Counted from the stretch's first letter, positions 8,499-15,584 are shown. The stretch: 32,000 nucleotides of DNA from an uncultured Lentisphaeria bacterium (GCA_951812855.1 OX638337.1:1470001-1502000); one strand, 5' to 3'. Made by a program: numbers and translations. Notes: generated by a model not told the origin, from the sequence alone.

Positions 8499-9200
8499 TC
8501 AAGACTTACGTAACGGCCTTATTTCGACACGACTGATACACGTTTGGTCAGGAGTATTAAGAATATGAAGACACGCTTCTCCTATTTCGTCGGGATCCAC
8601 TTTCCAGGAATTATCCTGATCTTTATGGTCAGTATCGAATCGCGTATTAACTGAGCCGGGAAAAACGGTGGAAACCTTTATACCAAAATTACGAATTTCA
8701 TGAAACAACGATTCCGAAAACCCTGTAACCGCATATTTTGATGCTGCATAACCACTGCCTTTTTCCAGAGGCATTCTTCCTGAAATGGATGAAATGTTGA
8801 TGATATGGCCTTGTTTTTTATTTACCAAATGAGGAATAACAGCTTTGGTCGCATAAAAAACACCGTTAACATTTGTCTCAATCATCGAATCCCACTCATC
8901 TGCAGAAAGCTCTATAATATCCTTCCGTATGATCAATGCTGCATTGTTAATCAATCCATAAATACCATTTAACCGGTCGATTAACGAATCAATTGCATCT
9001 TGCACCTGAGCATGATTTCGAATATCACAGGATTCAATTTCACATTGGCCGCCAACCGCATCCAATTCAGATTTTAAGGATGTTAATTCTGATTTATTTC
9101 TGGCAAGAAGACCAACATTATGACCCGCTTTCACCAACACTTGCGCAATTCCCTTACCGATACCACGGCTTGCTCCAGTTATAATAACATTCATAATCAT
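8499..9200 (-). CDS. Short-chain dehydrogenase/reductase (classical SDR)
   Basis: Contains ITGASRGIGKGIA (TGxxxGxG), NNAA, and the catalytic S...YAASKYAV (YxxxK). Confidence 0.85.
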   Translation of the reverse strand: MIMNVIITGASRGIGKGIAQVLVKAGHNVGLLARNKSELTSLKSELDAVGGQCEIESCDIRNHAQVQDAIDSLIDRLNGIYGLINNAALIIRKDIIELSADEWDSMIETNVNGVFYATKAVIPHLVNKKQGHIINISSISGRMPLEKGSGYAASKYAVTGFSESLFHEIRNFGIKVSTVFPGSVNTRFDTDHKDQDNSWKVDPDEIGEACLHILNTPDQTCISRVEIRPLRKS

Positions 9201-9334
9201 GAATCCTTACTTCAGGATTTCGTTTCCCCCGGGAGAAACACAAAAACGCATAGTTTTTAAGTGAGCTGGTCTAAATGTCCTGCAAGATCCCGGGTCATTT
9301 TATTATTTTTCCTCAGTCTTCCCGGGGTTTCACG

Positions 9335-10741
9335 CTAAGCTTTAACGATTCGATGACCCTTGGCGGTATCTTCTACTCTCCATCCCCGGGCCGTTATTTC
9401 ATCACGTAATTTATCGGCTTTGGCAAAGTCGCGATTTGTCCTTGCCTGAATCCGGTCTTCTGCCATTTGTATAATATCTGCGGGTATGTCCTCTTCTTTA
9501 TCGACATTTAATGCACCAAACACAGCGTCGATTTTTCTGCAGAAATCCAATAAAAGTTCCGCCGCCGCCCCGCCAACTTCATCAGCATCCATTGTCCTGT
9601 TTACATCCTTCATAAAATCAAAAAATGCCGCCAACGCTGCTGAGGTGTTTAAATCATCTTCAAGTCCATTACGAACGGCTGCTTCAGTGCCTTCAACCAA
9701 ACGTTTAGCGTCATCCATTCCCTGCTCTGATTCCTTAATTTTTTCCTTTAAACGAACGAAAAAAGCATCAATCCGCTTCAACACAGAACGGGTACCGATG
9801 AGACTGTCAAACGTAAAATTCAGATGTTGCCGATAGTGCACACTCATAATTAACCATCGGATTTCTCTGCCGGTATAGCCCTCTTTTATTAAATCTCGCA
9901 ACGTATAAAAGTTTCCCAGCGATTTTGACATCTTTTCACCATTAACAATCAAATGTGCACAATGCAGCCAATAATTAACAAATTTCTCACCGGTAGATGC
10001 TTCGCTTTGAGCGATTTCATCTTCATGGTGCGGAAACATGTTGTCGATACCGCCGGTATGAATATCAAAATGATTACCGAGTAATGCAATACTCATTGCA
10101 GAACATTCAATATGCCAACCCGGCCGGCCCCTGCCCCACGGGCTGTCCCAATGCACGTTACCATCCTCCTTGACCCAATGTTTCCAGAGGGCAAAATCTG
10201 CAACGGATTCCTTTCCATACTCATCAGATTTAACCCGTGCCCCCGCACGCTGCCCTGACATATCGATATGGGCAAGACAACCATATGACGGAAATTTTTC
10301 AATGGAAAAGTACACTGAAGAATCGTCTCCGATGTAGGCAACACCTTTGTCGATAAGTGATTCGATTATTTTTATCATTCCCTGGATATGTTTAGTTGCT
10401 TCAGGATAATGTTCAGCCTTTTCAATATTGAGTGTCTCTATATCATCGAAAAATGCTTTCTTGTACACGCTTGTAAAACTGTCCAGACCCATTCCTTTTT
10501 CTCGGGAATCACGAATTGTTTTATCGTCAACATCAGTCAAATTCATGACCTGCGTGACGTCATAACCGCAAAATTTTAGCGTTCGCCGGAGAATATCTTC
10601 AAATATATACGCCCGAAAGTTTCCGATATGAGCATAATTATAAACAGTTGGCCCGCAGGTATAAAGACCTACTCTGCCTTCCTGGATTGGTTTAAATTCT
10701 TCAAGACTTCGCGTAAGTGTATTATAGAATTTTAATGACAT
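9335..10741 (-). CDS. cysS: Cysteine--tRNA ligase
   Basis: 468 aa. Contains YNYAHIGNFR (HIGH-type motif), GWHIECS (zinc site) and KMSKSLGNF (KMSKS). Confidence 0.95.
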   Translation of the reverse strand: MSLKFYNTLTRSLEEFKPIQEGRVGLYTCGPTVYNYAHIGNFRAYIFEDILRRTLKFCGYDVTQVMNLTDVDDKTIRDSREKGMGLDSFTSVYKKAFFDDIETLNIEKAEHYPEATKHIQGMIKIIESLIDKGVAYIGDDSSVYFSIEKFPSYGCLAHIDMSGQRAGARVKSDEYGKESVADFALWKHWVKEDGNVHWDSPWGRGRPGWHIECSAMSIALLGNHFDIHTGGIDNMFPHHEDEIAQSEASTGEKFVNYWLHCAHLIVNGEKMSKSLGNFYTLRDLIKEGYTGREIRWLIMSVHYRQHLNFTFDSLIGTRSVLKRIDAFFVRLKEKIKESEQGMDDAKRLVEGTEAAVRNGLEDDLNTSAALAAFFDFMKDVNRTMDADEVGGAAAELLLDFCRKIDAVFGALNVDKEEDIPADIIQMAEDRIQARTNRDFAKADKLRDEITARGWRVEDTAKGHRIVKA

Positions 10742-10921
10742 AATGCCTATTCTTAAATTGTATTTAGACTAAATAATTTATTGCAATGGTTATAAAAAGT
10801 TTAAATTTTGAAATAAAACTGTACATTGCGGAAATTTAAACGGCAACATTACACAATTTTACAGCTTTTACAGATGACCCCGCCAAACGAAGAGTTTCAT
10901 GTAGAGATATAATCCCGAAAA

Positions 10922-11767
10922 ATGAGTGAACAAATTTACTTCGATTTAGATTTTTCTCCAGCGAAAGATAAAGAAAATACCTCTAATACATTACAGCTTA
11001 AATCAACTGATCTCCGCCGGGCTGTTTTCGCATGGTTACTGAAGGAAAAGATTAACGGCATTGGCATAGATACGCCAACCCGAATTAGACAGTTTCGATC
11101 CGATATCGCAGGATTCTGGAATGTATCCAGACAAAACAGAAACCGGGATGGTCCGGCCAAATTACTCGTCCCCTGTCATACGATCATCATCGAGCTTCGA
11201 GGAAATCGTGACGCCTGCTGGCCGGATTGTATTAACTCTGCAGAGTTACTGCCGGAATTTCGGGATCTGAAACATCGCCGGCTTGATATGCAGGAGTCGA
11301 TTCGAAAAAATGAACCTCAATTAAGAAATTCCTCTACCCTGTTCGAAGAATATACTGATTGGCACTACGAAAAATCAGAAAATAATGACTATCACAAATT
11401 ATGCAAGAAAATTGAAAAGACAGAAAAAGCCATCTATAAAGGATCACGATTTGAATCGATGATGAGTGCCGGAGTCGCTGATTATCTCTACCTTGGTGTA
11501 CCCGAAAAATCGGTACACCCATACGAGCTTGCCGATGGCTGGGGATTATTATGGATCGATGAAAAACTAAACATTCGGGTGATTTCAAAAGCTGAAAATC
11601 GCAACTGCACTCCCGAAAACCGTTTTCATTTAATTCAAAATATTGCCTCCTCAAATATTGATGAGGTATTATTCAAACATGGCGTTCATTTTAAAAAAGG
11701 TCAGACCAGATTCATCCCGACACCACGAAAAAAACGGGGTATTTATTCTCCCCAAAAGCCAACTTGA
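10922..11767 (+). CDS. Hypothetical protein, MmcB-like PD-(D/E)xK nuclease-fold candidate with a large internal insertion
   Basis: FRSDIAGF...TIIIELRGNRDACWPD... and ...ADYLYLGVPEKSVHPYELADGWGLLWIDEKLNIRVISKA... follow the MmcB/DUF1052 pattern as I recall it (R-x-D, i-v-E-x-K/R-x-x-x-x-D, then cD-x-f-y-f-x-v-P...lP...GL). About 75 extra residues lie between the two halves. Confidence 0.45.
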   Translation: MSEQIYFDLDFSPAKDKENTSNTLQLKSTDLRRAVFAWLLKEKINGIGIDTPTRIRQFRSDIAGFWNVSRQNRNRDGPAKLLVPCHTIIIELRGNRDACWPDCINSAELLPEFRDLKHRRLDMQESIRKNEPQLRNSSTLFEEYTDWHYEKSENNDYHKLCKKIEKTEKAIYKGSRFESMMSAGVADYLYLGVPEKSVHPYELADGWGLLWIDEKLNIRVISKAENRNCTPENRFHLIQNIASSNIDEVLFKHGVHFKKGQTRFIPTPRKKRGIYSPQKPT

Positions 11768-11901
11768 CAAGGAATTAATACATATCTATACTATCCCCAG
11801 GTATTTTGTTATAATGCCCGGCGGATTGAAATATTACTTTCAGAATAGAAATCCCCAAACCTAATTACTTATTCCCTAAAGTCTACCATCTTAGGTTAGC
11901 A

Positions 11902-11978
11902 GGGCGATTAGCTCAGTTGGTTAGAGTGCTTGCTCGACACGCAAGAGGCCACTGGTTCGAATCCAGTATCGCCCACCA
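11902..11978 (+). tRNA. tRNA-Val (anticodon GAC) with encoded CCA; unusual C at position 33
   Basis: Acceptor GGGCGAT/ATCGCCC, D arm GCTC/GAGT, anticodon stem CTTGC/GCAAG, loop T-C-G-A-C-A-C, variable AGGCC, T arm ACTGG/CCAGT, T-loop TTCGAAT, A73, CCA. Confidence 0.85.
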
Positions 11979-12172
11979 CCTGGATCAGTCAATAAAACTT
12001 GAAATCTTCAAAGCCATGTAATTGTGTGCAAACCGGAAGTGTAACCACAAAGAATTAGCAAAAAGTAAAAATGAATATTTACTGCCAGAACATGCAAAAA
12101 TGTACCATGAATGCCGAAACGGTATAGACGGGTGTTCGAGGTAACCACGCCTCCAGTTTTTAACAGTCTTAA

Positions 12173-12292
12173 TCAAATTGAACCACAGGCGGCACGGTGA
12201 CGCTCAATAATGTTGCCGCGATCATCGATTAGGACTCCCTCAACTTTTGTGCTGCCAAGGTCAATGCCAAGGCGTGTTCTGTTCGTTGCCAT
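12173..12292 (-). pseudogene. 39-codon N-terminal stub of an ASKHA (actin-like ATPase; ROK/BadF-type) kinase/activase gene
   Basis: MATNRTRLGIDLGSTKVEGVLIDDRGNIIERHRAACGSI*. LGIDLG(G/S)TK....l.D..G.I is the phosphate-1 motif that opens 250-320-aa ASKHA proteins. Here the frame stops after 39 codons. Confidence 0.5.
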
Positions 12293-12337
12293 GAAATGAT
12301 TTTAGTCAGAAAGGTCTTCGTAGCAGTTTATGATGAT

Positions 12338-12535
12338 TTAGGGTTCCTTGTCCAGAATCATATAAGCCAGAATGTATGCCAGCAAGGTAGTGAATGGGAA
12401 AAACGCAAGTGGAATCACGGCTGCCACCCGAACCCAGATTCTGGGTACATTGAGGTAATTGGCGACGCCTGCACAGACGCCGCCCAACGCCCTGTGGTCT
12501 GTGTCGATATAAAGCTTACGTCCTTTGAAATTCAT
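12338..12535 (-). CDS. PspC-domain membrane protein
   Basis: The sequence KLYIDTDHRALGGVCAGVANYLNVPRIWVRVAAVI...LLAYILAYMIL fits the PspC-domain pattern (l.R...dr...GVcaGlA.Y...d...vR......,...Yi..w.il). Confidence 0.75.
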   Translation of the reverse strand: MNFKGRKLYIDTDHRALGGVCAGVANYLNVPRIWVRVAAVIPLAFFPFTTLLAYILAYMILDKEP

Positions 12536-12547
12536 TGTCGTTGTTTC

Positions 12548-12745
12548 TTAGTGGTATTTGATAAAAAATCGGTTTGTCGAATCGCTGCTGCCGGTACAAA
12601 ACTCCGTCACCATGTGGTCACCAGATGGTGTTGCTGCATGGGCTTCGGCCAGCATCGCAAACGAGATGACAAACAACGAGATTAGAGCCGCTGATATCCA
12701 GTTTGATGCGGGTCTGGATTGCGTAACTGCGTCTTTCATCGTCAT
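12548..12745 (-). CDS. Small predicted exported protein, co-oriented 12 nt upstream of the PspC-domain gene
   Basis: 65 aa. An N-region, the hydrophobic core WISAALISLFVISFAMLA and EAHA|A resemble a Sec signal with an AxA site. AAGG lies 2 nt upstream of the ATG. I recognise no homology. Confidence 0.4.
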   Translation of the reverse strand: MTMKDAVTQSRPASNWISAALISLFVISFAMLAEAHAATPSGDHMVTEFCTGSSDSTNRFFIKYH

Positions 12746-12772
12746 TGCCTTAGGTCCTTTACCAGTTATTAG

Positions 12773-12789
12773 TTCACATTTCGTGCCAG
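12773..12789 (-). promoter_or_regulatory. Candidate sigma-54 (-24/-12) promoter for the exported-peptide/PspC operon
   Basis: The minus strand reads CTGGCACGAAATGTGAA against the consensus YTGGCACG-N4-TTGCW. The -24 half is a perfect match. The -12 half is imperfect (GTGA instead of TTGC). It lies about 30-45 nt upstream of the ATG at 12745. Confidence 0.25.
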
Positions 12790-12969
12790 TTTTTATTGGT
12801 TGTCATAACGCCGGACAGTTGCAGAAACTATACCAGAGTATTGATCGCATCCACGATAAATATGGTTTTCGTTCTATCTTGAGAGGATCCAGCATAAATA
12901 TTTTTAGTGTAATAATCGACTCATCAGATCGAGTCGAAAGTCGCTTCTAATAAATTGAAGTAATAAAAA

Positions 12970-13003
12970 CCCCCATCAACACAAAAGGTTGATGGGGGTT
13001 TTT
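12970..13003. terminator. Strong bidirectional intrinsic terminator
   Basis: CCCCCATCAAC (12970-12980) pairs perfectly with GTTGATGGGGG (12988-12998) across a 7-nt loop. An A5 run precedes it and a T5 run follows. It lies 37 nt downstream of the 58-aa minus-strand gene. Confidence 0.85.
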
Positions 13004-13034
13004 ATATTTTAAATCGTAAATTAAACCATGTCAC

Positions 13035-13211
13035 TCAGACGTTGGCTTTGTCCCATTCCGCTTTGCCAACAAATCGGGTTAGGTTACGTCCATCAGATGT
13101 TTTACCGCGAAATGCATATCTTTCACGGCCGGCTTTACCATATTTTACTTTTTCAGTTACTTCTGCGTTTACTTTTTTACGACCTTTTACATCATAAAAC
13201 TCTGCTTTCAT
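13035..13211 (-). CDS. Unannotated small basic protein (58 aa), function unknown, possibly nucleic-acid binding
   Basis: MKAEFYDVKGRKKVNAEVTEKVKYGKAGRERYAFRGKTSDGRNLTRFVGKAEWDKANV*. A GGAG lies 6 nt upstream of the ATG and the strong terminator follows directly. About one third of residues are K/R. It is below the ORF-track size cutoff, and the listed 13028-13252 (+) ORF is its antisense shadow. Confidence 0.65.
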   Translation of the reverse strand: MKAEFYDVKGRKKVNAEVTEKVKYGKAGRERYAFRGKTSDGRNLTRFVGKAEWDKANV

Positions 13212-13547
13212 ATTCCTGCTCCTTAATTGATGAACGTTTAGTTAATGATTGATACCATCTTAAATCAACTATTTTTGACCCGCCTGCTACAGTAGCATAG
13301 AGAATAATTCCTAAAAAGATAACACCTAAGAGAAATTTACAAACTGGAACAGGAAAAAAAATCAACTCATTAGTAAATTTTAATTCTATTAAGTAATAGG
13401 ACAGGCAAAGAAATACTTAAATAATTTATTATAATTTTTTTATATTCAATCGGCGAAACAGGATAATTCTATCCTGTTTTACTAAAAAAGAGGCGGGGGA
13501 TAATCTTGTCTCTTTTTAATTTAATAATCTAAAATAATCGTTCCAGA

Positions 13548-13772
13548 TTAAGGACCCGAACCATCATCGTCATCGTTATTGTCACCAACAAATGATGGAG
13601 CTGATAAAGCAACATTTTTACTCTTGACCATTCTTAAAGAGAATTCATCCTTTTTCCGTATGATATTTCGGCAGGATAGCTGCACTCAACATGCATGTTA
13701 TTCATTGATTGTTTGTTTGCGTCAATCCCCACCGGGAATAACCCGATGATTCCAATTGAATCGGGTTAACAT
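13548..13772 (-). pseudogene. Collapsed paralogue of the prepilin-like gene at 14174-15226
   Basis: It has the same start ATGTTAACCCG(A/T)TTCAA. A ~68-nt deletion then removes the FSMIEIV motif and the hydrophobic helix. IGIIGLFPVGIDANKQS matches IGIIGLFPIGFDANKQS. A ~300-nt deletion then joins to MHVECSYPAEISY (intact copy: LHVECSYPAELPY), followed by early stops. It has no SD. Confidence 0.6.
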
Positions 13773-13938
13773 TTTTTTTTAATGGACTTAGCGATTTTTT
13801 ATCAATTTTCGTTTTTACGACATCATAAATTCCGACGAGGTTGATACAAAACAATACATGTTCTTGCCGATGTGATGGACTGGTTGAGGTGTTTGGTTGG
13901 AAATTGTTAAATCTGAAATGGTATTGGACTGTTTTTAT
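13766..13938 (-). pseudogene. Relic of the mini-ORF found upstream of the intact prepilin-like gene (start codon ATG>ATA, indels, stop lost)
   Basis: The frame reads (ATA)KTVQYHFRFNNFQPNTSTSPSHRQEHVLFCINLVGIYDVVKTKIDKKSLSPLKKKC*. It aligns to MKQKNKESVNIKLNDLLPKNNVKGGQEETVFGIYDAVKTKISKESLSP* of copy B. The GG motif is gone. Confidence 0.45.
13782..13835 (-). repeat. 54-nt conserved block, copy A (partner at 15318-15371)
   Basis: atggacttagcgattttttatcaattttcgtttttacgacatcataaattccga aligns with atggacttaacgattctttactaattttcgtttttacggcatcataaattccga. 49 of 54 positions are identical and there are no gaps. Confidence 0.9.
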
Positions 13939-14114
13939 CTCTCTGGATAATCGGAGTGTTGTGTCGTGAGGTTATTATGGATTTTCAATCTATTTATTTT
14001 TGCTGATCAGTCAGTGCAGTTTCTGAATATTGCATTGTGAATGAATCGTATTTGCTATTGTCTGTTTGTCTAAAAAACATGAAACTAAAACCAATCAAGA
14101 TTGAACAAATAAAA

Positions 14115-14141
14115 GCCCCGACAGAGCTGCCGGGGTTTTTA
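14115..14141 (-). terminator. Intrinsic terminator after the prepilin-like gene (U-tracts on both strands)
   Basis: GCCCCGACAGAGCTGCCGGGG: CCCCG/CGGGG pair, plus an inner CA/TG helix. T5 follows on the plus strand and CTTTTATTT follows on the minus strand. It starts 33 nt downstream of the stop at 14174. Confidence 0.6.
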
Positions 14142-14173
14142 TATGCTGAAAGGTTTGTGTTTTTGAGTTAAAG

Positions 14174-15226
14174 TTACGGTGTTGAACTTACGCAATCGGT
14201 TGTTGCCCCGGGAGTAATTGTTGCATTCATGGCGTCCAGGCAGAGCCGCCAATGGCCCATCGCGTTATTGGAAGGATGATTTTGATGAACATTATGTAGA
14301 TAAACATTCAGTTCGCCAATGATTTCATAGGTTGTGCCGTTACTTACAGCTGTTTCTTTGCCGTTTATATAAATTTTGTTATTATTACTGTTCCCAACAG
14401 GTTTAAGGAATACTTTCGTTGCAGGACCGATATATTCAATACCGTCTATTCCGATTGTCTGATTTAATAAATCTGTTCGGGTATAGGTGTTTCCGTCCGG
14501 TGTAACAAGGCAGAATTGATTGCTGCGATTATTTCCAGGATTGAGATTAACCTGAAGTCCGGCAACGCAGGCTGCATTGTCTAAATGAGAACTGGTAAAT
14601 GTTAACGAACTGTTATCAGTTGATTTTTGTGATAGTAGTGGCTCTTTGTTTGCAGGGCCTTTTCCCAGTGTCGCCTCAGTCGAACGAACGAGCCGTACGG
14701 AAAACGCTTCTTTATTTCTTGTTGCGTATGGGAGTTCTGCCGGGTAGCTGCATTCGACATGAAGTACAATAGAGCCATATGTTTGCCATCCACGGATTAT
14801 GCAGCTGAACTCAACTTTATCTTGAGAGAGTTGTTCGAGTTTATATAAACCACTTTGATGTGTACTTGAATTAAAATCGACATCTGCGGCATCACCATCA
14901 TTGAGCTTAAAATATATTTTAACATTAGGGTTGTCAATGAGTGACGTGCTGCTCCAGCGGGTGCCTGTATCATCGCCAGAGTATTTTTTATTCATGGGGA
15001 AGGCGTTCGACCATCTCCAGTCCTCTTTGATTTTGCTGGAATTAAAATGGAGGAATTGTTCGGCAGCATCAGATGCATGACTTTTATTTATTGATTGCTT
15101 ATTTGCGTCAAAACCTATCGGGAATAATCCGATGATTCCAATAAGGCCGATTACCACCACAACCAGAGCCAGTACAATTTCAATCATACTGAAATTTCTT
15201 ACTCTTGACTTGAAACGGGTTAACAT
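14174..15226 (-). CDS. Prepilin-type N-terminal cleavage/methylation-domain protein (pseudopilin-like) with large uncharacterised C-terminal domain
   Basis: MLTRFKSRVRNFSMIEIVLALVVVVIGLIGIIGLFPIG... has a short basic leader, then F-S-M-I-E and a ~20-residue hydrophobic helix, which is the type IV pilin-like signal. I place the start at 15226, where AAGGAG lies 6 nt upstream. The ORF-track start at 15274 adds 16 residues with no SD, and that region is absent from the paralogue. Confidence 0.8.
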   Translation of the reverse strand: MLTRFKSRVRNFSMIEIVLALVVVVIGLIGIIGLFPIGFDANKQSINKSHASDAAEQFLHFNSSKIKEDWRWSNAFPMNKKYSGDDTGTRWSSTSLIDNPNVKIYFKLNDGDAADVDFNSSTHQSGLYKLEQLSQDKVEFSCIIRGWQTYGSIVLHVECSYPAELPYATRNKEAFSVRLVRSTEATLGKGPANKEPLLSQKSTDNSSLTFTSSHLDNAACVAGLQVNLNPGNNRSNQFCLVTPDGNTYTRTDLLNQTIGIDGIEYIGPATKVFLKPVGNSNNNKIYINGKETAVSNGTTYEIIGELNVYLHNVHQNHPSNNAMGHWRLCLDAMNATITPGATTDCVSSTP

Positions 15227-15315
15227 TTTTATCTCCTTTTTGTTTTTGTTTAGAGTTCTACTATTTATATACATAATTCTAATATCGTTCTACAAGAATT
15301 TTTTTGTATTTTCTT

Positions 15316-15462
15316 TTATGGACTTAACGATTCTTTACTAATTTTCGTTTTTACGGCATCATAAATTCCGAATACAGTCTCTTCCTGACCACCCTTGACA
15401 TTATTTTTTGGCAGTAAATCGTTCAATTTGATATTGACTGATTCTTTGTTTTTCTGTTTCAT
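15316..15462 (-). CDS. Unannotated 48-codon mini-ORF with a double-glycine-leader-like N-terminus (speculative)
   Basis: MKQKNKESVNIKLNDLLPKNNVKGGQEETVFGIYDAVKTKISKESLSP*. An AGGA lies only 2 nt from the ATG. A homologous but inactivated copy precedes the pilin-gene relic. Confidence 0.35.
   Translation of the reverse strand: MKQKNKESVNIKLNDLLPKNNVKGGQEETVFGIYDAVKTKISKESLSP
15318..15371 (-). repeat. 54-nt conserved block, copy B (partner at 13782-13835)
   Basis: See copy A. In copy B it covers the 3' end of the mini-ORF and lies 91 nt upstream of the prepilin-like ATG. Confidence 0.9.
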
Positions 15463-15584
15463 TATCCTAATTCTTATTGTTGAATGTTTTTTGGTTTTGA
15501 ATTATGCAGGGGCATAGTTAATTGAGATTTAATTTAATGTGATTTTATGGAATTATTTAAGGTGGGTAATCTATAGATTCAGTG

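Noticed and set aside
12296-12950. 129-aa and 130-aa plus-strand ORFs
   Set aside because: They are shadow ORFs created by the locally higher GC content. They are antisense to the recognisable PspC-domain gene and its signal-peptide partner. Their products are Cys/Arg-rich nonsense with no SD.
13028-13252. 74-aa plus-strand ORF
   Set aside because: It is the antisense shadow of the 58-aa basic protein gene, which has the SD and the terminator in the correct orientation.
15227-15274. 16-codon N-terminal extension (MYINSRTLNKNKKEIK) of the prepilin-like ORF in the track
   Set aside because: The AAGGAG SD lies inside this extension and serves the internal ATG at 15226. Prepilin leaders are short, and the paralogue relic starts at the homologous internal ATG.
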